A stretch of DNA of 44,377 nt from positions 1 to 44,377 of IMG/VR virus record IMGVR_UViG_3300020044_004264. One strand, written 5' to 3'. Below the pieces are notes generated by a model. That model was not told the DNA's origin. It did not search any database and was given only the letters and a program-made list of their open reading frames with translations. The translations under genes were made by a program, and so were the position numbers. Shown here piece after piece: positions 7,272 through 15,831 of this stretch (position 1 is its first letter; every line of letters begins with the position of its first letter). The stretch is from a virus. Its lineage: Duplodnaviria; Caudoviricetes.

Positions 7272-9379
7272 GCCTTCGTGATTTTATTGCCTTTACGGAT
7301 GACCAACTGCTGCTCCCATACATGGCGACATTGGGGGCGATTCACTCCGCTCGGTGTGTGATACCAACCGCCTCTGCGATTCCAAACGGAATATCCCATG
7401 ATTGCAGAAATCCCGTCAATGTCGTCCCTCGTGTAAACCTTGCCCTGCCCTGCCAAGTCAAGCATCACCTTGCAGAACTCACGGCTCGAGCCTTTGTCCT
7501 TGTTGCTGAAACCCGTGGCCCATGCGTACTTGTAGCGGACCTCAAGTACAGGCTCGGCCACTTCCTTCACGTTCTTGGGAAGGTTCTGCTCGGCTATCTT
7601 GTCCACGGCCCGGCTGATAGGGTAGCGGTCCTTTGTGATTAGGTAAGCAACTCGCTTGGCAACCTTGGCTTTGCTCACTCCAAACTCCTTTGCCATTTCT
7701 TCAACCGATGCATCCCGGTTCTTCTTGCGGTAGGCTTCAATCTTCTTGTCCAGTTCAACTTCTTCCTCTCCCAGTTCGGCAAAGGCCAAGCGGATGTTTT
7801 CGTCTATGTTGGTGTCGAACCGCATCGGCTTGGAGTGCATGACGTGGTAATCGTCGGCATGGCATCCGAACTTACTTGCAACCACTTCCAAAACCTTGAA
7901 CTCTTCGTCGCCCCATCCGTAGTCCTCGTCGTCATCGGGTTCGCTGAACTCTTGGGCCTGCACTCCGAGCATCGTGTCAATCTCTTGGGATGACAAACCG
8001 AAGCCAGCCGAGAGCATGGTCCGAGCCATTTCAAGAGTGATTTTCTCCTGCATATACTGCCTGACAATACGCATTAGGTTTTGGTACTCACGGCCTGACA
8101 ACTTCTTGATGTTGTCGTTGCTGGCAAGTTGCTCCACGGCTTGCGGTTGCTCGTCGGGTTGGGGGTTAGGTCCAACCACGTCGGCAGGTTTCTCCAAGGG
8201 TTGCAGACCTGCCTTTTCCCGAAGTTCGTCTTGGGTCATAATCTGCAACAGGGCTTGTTCGCTTAGTCGCTCGGTGATAGGCTCAACGGGGATAAGTTCC
8301 ATGCCTTCCACGCCATTGAAGGAGCCGAGGTAGTTAATCATCCGCTCAACCTTGCGGACCCGGTCGTTGACGTAGGTCGCCTTGAATAGTTCGTATGCTT
8401 CGACCAATTCGTTGCGTCCACCCAATTGGCCTTCAGTCTTGACTCCGAATAGCATGGGGTTGGTTACACGGTGGGCGATGAATATCTCTTGCTGGATGGC
8501 TTTGTTCAGTATCTCGAACTGCTTATCCATGTCGCTTGGAGTTAATGGCTCCAGCGTAGGGGCCTTGGCTGCATCGTCGTTGAAGGTTACAACGAAGCGA
8601 CCAGCGTTGTCGGTTCCCGAAAACTTGCGTTTGATTTGACGCTCGATGTCGCCCTGTTCTTCGGGGGTCGGGATGCCGTTGTTGAAGTTTATCAAGTAAC
8701 CGCCCCAAAAGTTGTTTCGCAGGTTGTTGTTGTGGAAGTTGGCGACCTGTACGTCTGCTTCAATCCAAGCGTTCCCTCCGATGTATTCGGGTAGAGGGTA
8801 GTGCTTCACGCCAGCAGCGTACACACGATAGTAGAACAACTGCTTACCGAGGCGATTCTCCGGGTCGAAGGCAGGAATCTTCTCGATGTCCCCTATTTTG
8901 GGGAACAACTGCATCATATCATCGTTGTACCAGTCCGCGACTTGGAACATCTTCTCCTCTTTGTCCACCCGAATTTTCTCGAACGGGACGTGTTCCATCT
9001 TGGCAATGGTCCCAAGTTTGGACCAAGTAACCGCAACCGCAAAGCCGTTGAATAGTTCCAAGTCAAGGACCAGTTTCTCCGTGATGTCGTTGAGGTCCTC
9101 GGTGCTTGACATTCCGTCAAAAAACTTGATGAAGCGGGCCTCTTGCTCCACGGTCAGGTTGTCGCCTGCCTGCCATCCTCCGCCCATGATGTAGTTCACC
9201 TTACCATTCACGATGGCGTTGTGCTTGCTTGACCTGCGATAGTTGTCAAGCAGGTAGTAGGGGTATTCGTTAGCAAAGCCGTAGGTGATGTACTTGCCGG
9301 ACCTGTTCTCCAGCATGACTGGGACTTTGTGTTCTATCCCCAACCATTGGGTGAAGTGTTGAGTAGATTTATTACTCAT
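7268..9379 (-). CDS. Portal protein with C-terminal MuF-like extension
   Basis: YGFANEYP, SSKHNAIV, GTDNAGRF, IFIAHRVTNPMLFG portal motifs; C-terminal REFC...RPQCRH. Confidence 0.85.
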   Translation of the reverse strand: MSNKSTQHFTQWLGIEHKVPVMLENRSGKYITYGFANEYPYYLLDNYRRSSKHNAIVNGKVNYIMGGGWQAGDNLTVEQEARFIKFFDGMSSTEDLNDITEKLVLDLELFNGFAVAVTWSKLGTIAKMEHVPFEKIRVDKEEKMFQVADWYNDDMMQLFPKIGDIEKIPAFDPENRLGKQLFYYRVYAAGVKHYPLPEYIGGNAWIEADVQVANFHNNNLRNNFWGGYLINFNNGIPTPEEQGDIERQIKRKFSGTDNAGRFVVTFNDDAAKAPTLEPLTPSDMDKQFEILNKAIQQEIFIAHRVTNPMLFGVKTEGQLGGRNELVEAYELFKATYVNDRVRKVERMINYLGSFNGVEGMELIPVEPITERLSEQALLQIMTQDELREKAGLQPLEKPADVVGPNPQPDEQPQAVEQLASNDNIKKLSGREYQNLMRIVRQYMQEKITLEMARTMLSAGFGLSSQEIDTMLGVQAQEFSEPDDDEDYGWGDEEFKVLEVVASKFGCHADDYHVMHSKPMRFDTNIDENIRLAFAELGEEEVELDKKIEAYRKKNRDASVEEMAKEFGVSKAKVAKRVAYLITKDRYPISRAVDKIAEQNLPKNVKEVAEPVLEVRYKYAWATGFSNKDKGSSREFCKVMLDLAGQGKVYTRDDIDGISAIMGYSVWNRRGGWYHTPSGVNRPQCRHVWEQQLVIRKGNKITKA

Positions 9380-9942
9380 AGCGTGTGAGCATTAAAACTG
9401 ATGGATATGATGTTAATCGTCCTAACACCATCAATTGAAGTTACATAGATTGAAAATTCATCATTGGTATTTGCTATCAAAAAGGTTTCCAAAACTACTT
9501 GATGGCCTCCGGTATGGGTCAAAGTAACTTGTGCTTCAGACGACCCGATTTGTACGTCATTTTTGTAAATAGCCCAAACGTAGTCATCGTTATTTGCCCC
9601 CGAAAAAGTTAGATTTGCACTCACCCTAATTGCAGCGGATAGCGTCCCCGTGTAGGTGATTGATGGCCCCGCAATTGTTGCAACTCTCGAAAAGTTGTTG
9701 GTTGATAGAATGTTGTTGCCTGTTACAATCAGTAATTTGGTTGCAGTATTATTGGTCGTTACAAATGGCCTATCAGCAGCCGTAGCAACCGAAGCATAGC
9801 CACGCTCGATATCAAGCGTTGCGGTGTCGGCAAGGTCGTCGAATAGACCACCCACACGGGACGCGGTGTTCGCCCCGGCAGCGGTTTCGTTGGTTATCGT
9901 TAATGCACTCGCTTGGAGTTGGCTTCGTGTTTTTACGCTCAT
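9376..9942 (-). CDS. Structural protein with exchangeable C-terminal beta domain
   Basis: First ~45 aa near-identical to copy 2, remainder divergent. Confidence 0.7.
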   Translation of the reverse strand: MSVKTRSQLQASALTITNETAAGANTASRVGGLFDDLADTATLDIERGYASVATAADRPFVTTNNTATKLLIVTGNNILSTNNFSRVATIAGPSITYTGTLSAAIRVSANLTFSGANNDDYVWAIYKNDVQIGSSEAQVTLTHTGGHQVVLETFLIANTNDEFSIYVTSIDGVRTINIISISFNAHTL

Positions 9943-10337
9943 GCGAAGGATTGGTCAAAGGTTGAGTCGAATACCCTCACGCTGGATGCGAGGAAGGTGT
10001 TGTAAGTGATTGTGTTTGCGTAGGTATTGAAGCCTATCGTTGCGGTTTGTAGAAATGCCAAGCCCGTTTCAACCACCGCAAGGGCTGCTGAAACCGTGCT
10101 ATCGGTATCGTAAACTTCATACTTATACGAGCCTGTTTCAAGCGACCCCACGGCAATCGAAAATTGGTCATAGCGGTTGGTGTAGGAAGAAAGGTTGGCG
10201 GATTTCAGCAGGGTGTAGTCCGTCGTGGTGTTCTTTGCGATGCTTGTGAGTCGCAAGATGTAGCGGTCCCCCGTGCTGGCTCGCTCGGTCCAAGTAACCG
10301 TTATCGTGTTGGTCGTGTCGGGGTTCAGGTAAAGCAT
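9939..10337 (-). CDS. Structural protein (132 aa, Ig-like?)
   Basis: Beta-rich ORF conserved in copy 2. Confidence 0.7.
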   Translation of the reverse strand: MLYLNPDTTNTITVTWTERASTGDRYILRLTSIAKNTTTDYTLLKSANLSSYTNRYDQFSIAVGSLETGSYKYEVYDTDSTVSAALAVVETGLAFLQTATIGFNTYANTITYNTFLASSVRVFDSTFDQSFA

Positions 10338-10343
10338 CTGCTT

Positions 10344-10371
10344 GTAAATGTGCGATGCCCCCGAATTTCAC
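10344..10371 (-). promoter_or_regulatory. Putative late promoter GTGAAATTC-N11-ACATTTAC
   Basis: 6 nt upstream of ATG at 10337; identical in copy 2 (43644-43671). Confidence 0.65.
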
Positions 10372-11444
10372 AATTTGCGCCCAATCTGCCTGTATAGTTC
10401 GGCCCGCTTCTTGGCGGTTTCGGCTACATTGAACCGCTTCTTGATATCCCTCGTGAGGTTGTCAGCCAATCCTTTGCGAAGATCGGGATCAAGAATTAAC
10501 TGCTTAATGTACTTGTACCAGTCCTTGGGTTTGTTGTAAGGAACGAGAAACCCGTTCTCCCCGTGCTTGATGACATCGGTGTAGGGGATGGTTTCGGATG
10601 CGATGATGGCCTTGTTCATCCACCCTGCCTCAACGACCTTCAACTCGGACTTGAGTTTGTTAAACTTGGTATCTCGCAAAGGTGCAAGGGTTACGTTCAC
10701 GAAGTTGTAGCCCCCGACGTAGGAGTAAATATCCGCTGCTTGAATGCGTCCGTAGTTCGGATTATTCCCTTGGTCGCTGATGATTTTCTCGTAGCCTTCA
10801 TAAACAGGATTATTGTCGTTCCAACCTCCGAGATAGAGGCGGTACTTGCCGTCAAGGTTTGCGTCCCAGCGTAACTTCTGCATCCCTTCTCGTAGGAGTT
10901 CCATGTCCTCTCCGTGCTGCGCACCACCGAACCAACCGAACTTCACGAGATGCTTGTCGGGTTCTTCGTCAGGATTCGGGATGAATTGTTGGTAGGCTTC
11001 GTAAGGCTCATTCTGCAAGATGCTCACATTCGTATTTAGAGGCCGTATGCGAGAGGCAAGATGCTCGGTGGTACAGGTAACCCAATCGGCTAATTTGATG
11101 TGCTTGCGGATGACCTCTGCAAGTTTGGTTTCGTGGTAGTGGCGGTACATGATGTGGCCACTCTCAAGGACCCAATAATCGTCCAAGTCAAGGATGACTT
11201 TCGCCCCGAATTGGGTCAGGGCTTTGTAAACATTTTCGACTTGCTCCATCGTTCCCTGACACCAAAGCCGGCTGAACAGGAACAGGTCAATCGACTTCAA
11301 GCCCTCGTCGCTAATGGTCGTGATGTTCTCAACGCAGACGTAATCAAACTCCGGGTAGTTGTCGCCAAGGTATGCGTTCGGCATTTCAAGGCGGTAGAAA
11401 CTGCACCCGGTTGGATGGGCGTTGTAAACAATGCAAATCTTCAT
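10368..11444 (-). CDS. Glycosyltransferase (GT-B, family 4/group 1-like)
   Basis: DLDD, FGWFGG, APLRDTKFNKLKSELKVVEAG, IKHGENGFLV motifs; start MKICIVY. Confidence 0.85.
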   Translation of the reverse strand: MKICIVYNAHPTGCSFYRLEMPNAYLGDNYPEFDYVCVENITTISDEGLKSIDLFLFSRLWCQGTMEQVENVYKALTQFGAKVILDLDDYWVLESGHIMYRHYHETKLAEVIRKHIKLADWVTCTTEHLASRIRPLNTNVSILQNEPYEAYQQFIPNPDEEPDKHLVKFGWFGGAQHGEDMELLREGMQKLRWDANLDGKYRLYLGGWNDNNPVYEGYEKIISDQGNNPNYGRIQAADIYSYVGGYNFVNVTLAPLRDTKFNKLKSELKVVEAGWMNKAIIASETIPYTDVIKHGENGFLVPYNKPKDWYKYIKQLILDPDLRKGLADNLTRDIKKRFNVAETAKKRAELYRQIGRKL

Positions 11445-11450
11445 GGCCGT

Positions 11451-11484
11451 AAAAATAAGAAGGGCAGCCATTGCTGACTGCCCT
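11451..11484 (-). terminator. Intrinsic terminator after tail tube gene
   Basis: AGGGCAG...CTGCCCT stem then TCTTATTTTT on minus strand. Confidence 0.65.
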
Positions 11485-11521
11485 CCCAAACCTCAGATGA
11501 TGAAAACCTAAGTCAAAGATA

Positions 11522-12052
11522 CTACGAGCCGAGTATCTGTGCAGACGATGGTGTAAAGACTGTTGATGCGATTGAGAACATCGGGTCAGGCTCCATTCCG
11601 GAAAGCGTTATTTCGTAGCCGTTTCGGTCGCCAAAGGCAGTACCACTTCCAGCGGTTCCAGCGGTTGCCTCAAGGCCATTTATAGCACCCAGCAACCAGT
11701 AACGACTGTTATTGTCTTGAACGATGACGATGACTTTACTACGAGCGAGCAAACGGAGTTCATTGCGTACTGCGACTTGCATTTTGTTGATGGTGAAGGT
11801 TACTTCAGGTGAGTAGAAGATTGTGCCATTCTCCATGCTTGCGTTCAAAGTTTCGGTCATGGATGACGTGGCTTTGGTCAAGTCGTATTCAAAAAAACCG
11901 CTTGCATTGTATCCGGTGAACCCCGTAACCGCACCTGAAAGGTTAGCGTTACAGGACCCGGTAGAAATCCAGTTTTGGACGTAAATTGCTTTGATGCCAC
12001 CGACTGAATCACGGCAGCCGAGTGTGTAACCAGTTGTTAGGGCGCAGGACAT
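11522..12052 (-). CDS. Major tail (tube) protein
   Basis: MSCALTTGYTLGCRDSVGGIKAIY N-terminus typical of Bacteroidota siphovirus tail tubes; follows capsid gene. Confidence 0.7.
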   Translation of the reverse strand: MSCALTTGYTLGCRDSVGGIKAIYVQNWISTGSCNANLSGAVTGFTGYNASGFFEYDLTKATSSMTETLNASMENGTIFYSPEVTFTINKMQVAVRNELRLLARSKVIVIVQDNNSRYWLLGAINGLEATAGTAGSGTAFGDRNGYEITLSGMEPDPMFSIASTVFTPSSAQILGS

Positions 12053-12082
12053 ATGTGTATTTGGGGTTTAAGTTTCAAGGAA

Positions 12083-12112
12083 CAAAAAGCAGGGGGAGGT
12101 TTCCCTCCCCCC
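12083..12112 (-). terminator. Intrinsic terminator after capsid gene
   Basis: AGGGGGAGG-GAAA-CCTCCCCCT followed by GCTTTTTG. Confidence 0.8.
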
Positions 12113-12118
12113 TACACA

Positions 12119-13054
12119 TTAGGCCAATCGGAAGTCAACAACCAAGTCTGGATACGCTATTTGCACGCCGCATTTGAAAGCTGCGATACTCCGGATTTCG
12201 TCGTTTTCGCGTGCATAAAAGATGGAAAACTGCTCTTCGTCAGACAGCAAATCACTTCCGTAAAACAGGTTGCCGAGGTATGTGCAGACGATGCGGTTGG
12301 TGTTGGTCAAGCCGGGGACTGCAATTACACGGACGTTTGTGCCGGGATAGATGAACTCACCATTGGCAAGGCTCGCAAGGTCAACTTGGTTGTACAAAAC
12401 TGCCAAACCACCTGTGGTCGTTCCTTGCTTGAAGGCTTGAACCAAGGTGCGGTAGTTGTTCCATCCGCAGAAGATTACGAGGTCTTGCTTGGTCAGGATG
12501 GCCTGTGGGATTTGGTTGTAGATAGCGTCAAAGATGCCGATAACATTCGATGCAGTGATACCAACGGAGGCCGATACCGCTCCTGTGTTACCGCTGATGG
12601 TAGAACCCGATGCAGCGTTCAACAATTGGTTAACGCCGCTGAAGTAAGCGTTACCCTGCCAGATAGCGGTTTCCAAAGCCTCAGCAATACGGAGAGCCTT
12701 CTGCTCGGCAAACGCCTGCTCGAAAGGAACGCCATCGTACATTGAGCCAGCAGTCAACTGGGTCTGCATCCAGTATTGCTCCAAGGCGCGAGGACACAAA
12801 GTTTCCATCACCTTCATACGGCCAACGGTGATGACACGCTGACTGAATGTGGTTGTGCCTGAACTTGTGTAACCGCAAGTATCACCGCCTTGCAGAACTG
12901 CATCGGTGTCCATGAGGTTGAGGGCAGCAGCGAACTTGATACCAACTTGCTTGGTGAACAAAGACGCTGACTTGGCCGAGAACACGGCCTTGGTGATGAG
13001 CGGTAACCGCTCTTGGTCGGTGTAGGCGGATAGATTGCCAAAATTGTATGCCAT
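12119..13054 (-). CDS. Major capsid protein
   Basis: 311 aa after protease and scaffold; ETLCP, AEALETAIWQG; followed by a terminator. Confidence 0.8.
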   Translation of the reverse strand: MAYNFGNLSAYTDQERLPLITKAVFSAKSASLFTKQVGIKFAAALNLMDTDAVLQGGDTCGYTSSGTTTFSQRVITVGRMKVMETLCPRALEQYWMQTQLTAGSMYDGVPFEQAFAEQKALRIAEALETAIWQGNAYFSGVNQLLNAASGSTISGNTGAVSASVGITASNVIGIFDAIYNQIPQAILTKQDLVIFCGWNNYRTLVQAFKQGTTTGGLAVLYNQVDLASLANGEFIYPGTNVRVIAVPGLTNTNRIVCTYLGNLFYGSDLLSDEEQFSIFYARENDEIRSIAAFKCGVQIAYPDLVVDFRLA

Positions 13055-13075
13055 TGTTAATGGGGGTTTAGGGGT

Positions 13076-13708
13076 TTAGTTTTTTTTGAGTGATTGAAGT
13101 GCTTGTGCGAGAGCGTTGAAGTTCTGCGATGCCTGAGCCTTGCGTTGCTCAACGATTGCTGAACCGCTTGCTTTTGGGGCTTCGGCTGGGAGTTCGGAAA
13201 CCTTCTCGACGATATCGGCCATGGTTTCAACCTGCGATGCGAATGCGGACATCTTCTCCTTCATCTTGCCCATCTCGGCATAGGCTGCCTTGAGTTCTTC
13301 CATGATGGCTCCGAGGTGCTTGGCGACGATGGCCTCCACAACTTCGGGGGTCATAAGCGGATAGGCGTCTTTGATTGTATCAGTAACCTCAACGGCCACT
13401 TCGGGAGTGATTTCAGCAGCAACAGGCAACGGCTCGATGACCGGGGTCGCTACTTCAGCAGCGATGACCTCAACGATCTTGCCTCCTTCGGTCTTGATAG
13501 TTCCGACTCCTTCGACAACGTGTTCGCCATCGGGGGCAGGGAGTGTGCCGTCTTCGGCTACAACGTAAACGGCAGTACCTGCAACGAGGTCGCCATCAAC
13601 ACGGACAACCGTGCCATCGGTCAACTTGTAGTCAGCGAAGGACTGCTTTTGAGTGCTGAATTTGCGGAGTTCAGTCCGCAGGGATTCGATTGCGTTTTTG
13701 AGATTCAT
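13076..13708 (-). CDS. Capsid scaffolding protein
   Basis: Acidic/coiled-coil with PAPDGEH motif, between protease and capsid. Confidence 0.65.
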   Translation of the reverse strand: MNLKNAIESLRTELRKFSTQKQSFADYKLTDGTVVRVDGDLVAGTAVYVVAEDGTLPAPDGEHVVEGVGTIKTEGGKIVEVIAAEVATPVIEPLPVAAEITPEVAVEVTDTIKDAYPLMTPEVVEAIVAKHLGAIMEELKAAYAEMGKMKEKMSAFASQVETMADIVEKVSELPAEAPKASGSAIVEQRKAQASQNFNALAQALQSLKKN

Positions 13709-13710
13709 AG

Positions 13711-14304
13711 TTAGTGGGATTTGTAGGTGGGGGTTAATTGTTGCAAAAAAGCGGTTAATTCATCGGCAAGGCCAGCGAGTGCGACCTCCAGTTCGGATTC
13801 GGTCTTGTCCATCCCGAAGAGGCCCTCAACGGAGAAACCCCGGAACAGGTTGCGGTTGTCCCACACTTCGTCGTTCTCAACCTTGAAGGAACCGAACCAA
13901 GAGCCATCGGGCGTGTCCTCGTAGCCCTTGGGTGGCATGATACCTCGCTCGGAGTCGGTGATGTAACTCTCGAACATAAACACGCCATCCAGTTCAGCGT
14001 TGTGGTAAGCGTTGACGTTGTGCTGGTTGCCTTGCTTGAAGTACTTCTGCACAATCTTGCGGATGGTGGCTTTGTCAAAGACGACGTAGTATTCCCCGTA
14101 GGTTTCGTCCTTTCGAAAGATGGGAGTGTCTGCAAGCATGAGAGGGCCAGTAAGCACTCTCCGTTCGCCTGTTTCGGTGAACTTTTGTGGTGTCTTTGCG
14201 AAGGCTTGGAATGGCCGTTCGATGGCTGGCATATCGGTCAGGGCCACGAATTGGACCCCTTCATCCACCTCGTCCACGGTCATCCTGTAAATGGGTAGTT
14301 CCAT
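13711..14304 (-). CDS. Prohead protease (XkdF-like)
   Basis: ALTDMPAIE, GPLMLAD, NVNAYH, FRGFSVEG; start MELPIY. Confidence 0.8.
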   Translation of the reverse strand: MELPIYRMTVDEVDEGVQFVALTDMPAIERPFQAFAKTPQKFTETGERRVLTGPLMLADTPIFRKDETYGEYYVVFDKATIRKIVQKYFKQGNQHNVNAYHNAELDGVFMFESYITDSERGIMPPKGYEDTPDGSWFGSFKVENDEVWDNRNLFRGFSVEGLFGMDKTESELEVALAGLADELTAFLQQLTPTYKSH

Positions 14305-14308
14305 GCAG

Positions 14309-14336
14309 GTAAATGTCCTATGCCCCCAAAGTTGCA
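14309..14336 (-). promoter_or_regulatory. Putative late promoter (CAACTT-N12-ACATTTAC)
   Basis: ACATTTAC 4 nt upstream of protease ATG. Confidence 0.55.
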
Positions 14337-15826
14337 AATTCCTCCAACCTCCGAACCCTGCGAGTGCTTTGGGTGATGTCCCGTTCCACGACATAGGCTC
14401 GCATTGGTGATGAACCTTGGCCTTGGCCTGCCGAGAGTTCGCCCGTGCCGAGGTTGGTCGTTTGTGGGTTCGCAAAGATGGGCGGTGGTGCTGCGCTTGC
14501 TCCTGCACCCGTTACGTCTGCACCGGGTGAGCCTGCACCTGCACCGCCTTGGAATTGTTGAGCCTTAATCTTGGCGACATTTGCAAGACCAGCAGCAAGG
14601 GCAAGACCTGCTTCCACGAACCTTTGCCCGGGGAATACGGATTCAGTCGGCTTTAAAGCGAGTGCCGAACTGACGGCAAGGTAGGTGTTCACGATGGCTT
14701 GGGCTATGGATGCAGCCTTGGCGACATTGAAGGCCCGCTTTTGTGCTGCCTCGCTCTTTCCAGCCGATGCGATGATGATGTCGTTGATGACCGCAAAGGA
14801 CTGACCGACGTATTTCTCACGCAATCCAGCAAGGTCCTCTTCACGCTGGGCTTGACCCATCTTGGATTTTGCGTCAGCCGTGTCCACCTGCATTCGCCTT
14901 TGTGCTTCGGCTTGCATCGCTTTGACTTGCAGTTGCTCCTGTTGGCTCAACCTATCCAACTCCATTTCGTAGAGTTGCAGGTTCAAGTCCTCCACGAACT
15001 TGATGATGGCGTTGTTCTCCTCTCTCAACCGCTCCAAACGCTTTTGGGTGGCCTCTGCTTCCTTGCGTTGGCGTTCTTTGACCTGTGCCTCCCTCTTTTG
15101 GTCTGCTGCGATTTGGGCGTTCGTGTGGGCTTCGTATGCATCCCGGTAATTGGAGAGGGCTGCTTCTTCACGCAACAACGCCTGCTCCCTCGCCTTGGCT
15201 GCGATGGCCGGGTCGGGTAAGTTTAGAAACCTGCGGACCGCTGCGGTGAGTTCATCCCACTTGGCTATAAGTAGCCCTACGGCTGCAATGGCTGCACCGA
15301 TACCCGTAGCAAGCAAAGCGATTCGGAAAGCCTTCATCGCCCCCGTACTTGCCCCGACTGCGGTTGCGTAGAGTGCCTGTGCTGCTGCCTGCCCTTGGGT
15401 GATTAGGATGGAGTCCTTGTTGAGCAGGTTGGCTACCTGTTGCACTCCGTTAGCGAGAGCCATCGCCCCTTGGACCTTCAACAACGCCTTCTGCAAGTCC
15501 TCGTTCTCCGAGCCAAACAACGCTGCTGCACCTTGAGCGATTTGGAAGCCAGCGGTGATTCCTTGGATTCCAGCGACGAAGGTGTCGATGTTGCGTGTGT
15601 CCGATGCGAGGTTTTTGATTCGCTGCGAGGTGTCCCCGATTTGGTCCTTGAGTTTCCCTGCCTCCTGCTCCATTTGCTTGAAAGCCTTGGTCCCGGATTC
15701 CCCAGCCAAAGCCATATCGGTCAGGGTCTTTTGGAGTTCCCTGAGCCGTTGTTTAGCACTCGTTGTGCCTTGTGCGGTTGAGTCTTTAAGCCCTACTTCG
15801 AGGACGATTTCTTTAGTTACTGCCAT
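14318..15826 (-). CDS. Tape measure protein
   Basis: Ala/Gln-rich helical 502 aa; ALLATGIGA motif; RAYVVE C-terminus. Confidence 0.75.
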   Translation of the reverse strand: MAVTKEIVLEVGLKDSTAQGTTSAKQRLRELQKTLTDMALAGESGTKAFKQMEQEAGKLKDQIGDTSQRIKNLASDTRNIDTFVAGIQGITAGFQIAQGAAALFGSENEDLQKALLKVQGAMALANGVQQVANLLNKDSILITQGQAAAQALYATAVGASTGAMKAFRIALLATGIGAAIAAVGLLIAKWDELTAAVRRFLNLPDPAIAAKAREQALLREEAALSNYRDAYEAHTNAQIAADQKREAQVKERQRKEAEATQKRLERLREENNAIIKFVEDLNLQLYEMELDRLSQQEQLQVKAMQAEAQRRMQVDTADAKSKMGQAQREEDLAGLREKYVGQSFAVINDIIIASAGKSEAAQKRAFNVAKAASIAQAIVNTYLAVSSALALKPTESVFPGQRFVEAGLALAAGLANVAKIKAQQFQGGAGAGSPGADVTGAGASAAPPPIFANPQTTNLGTGELSAGQGQGSSPMRAYVVERDITQSTRRVRRLEEFATLGA

Positions 15827-15831
15827 AGTGT

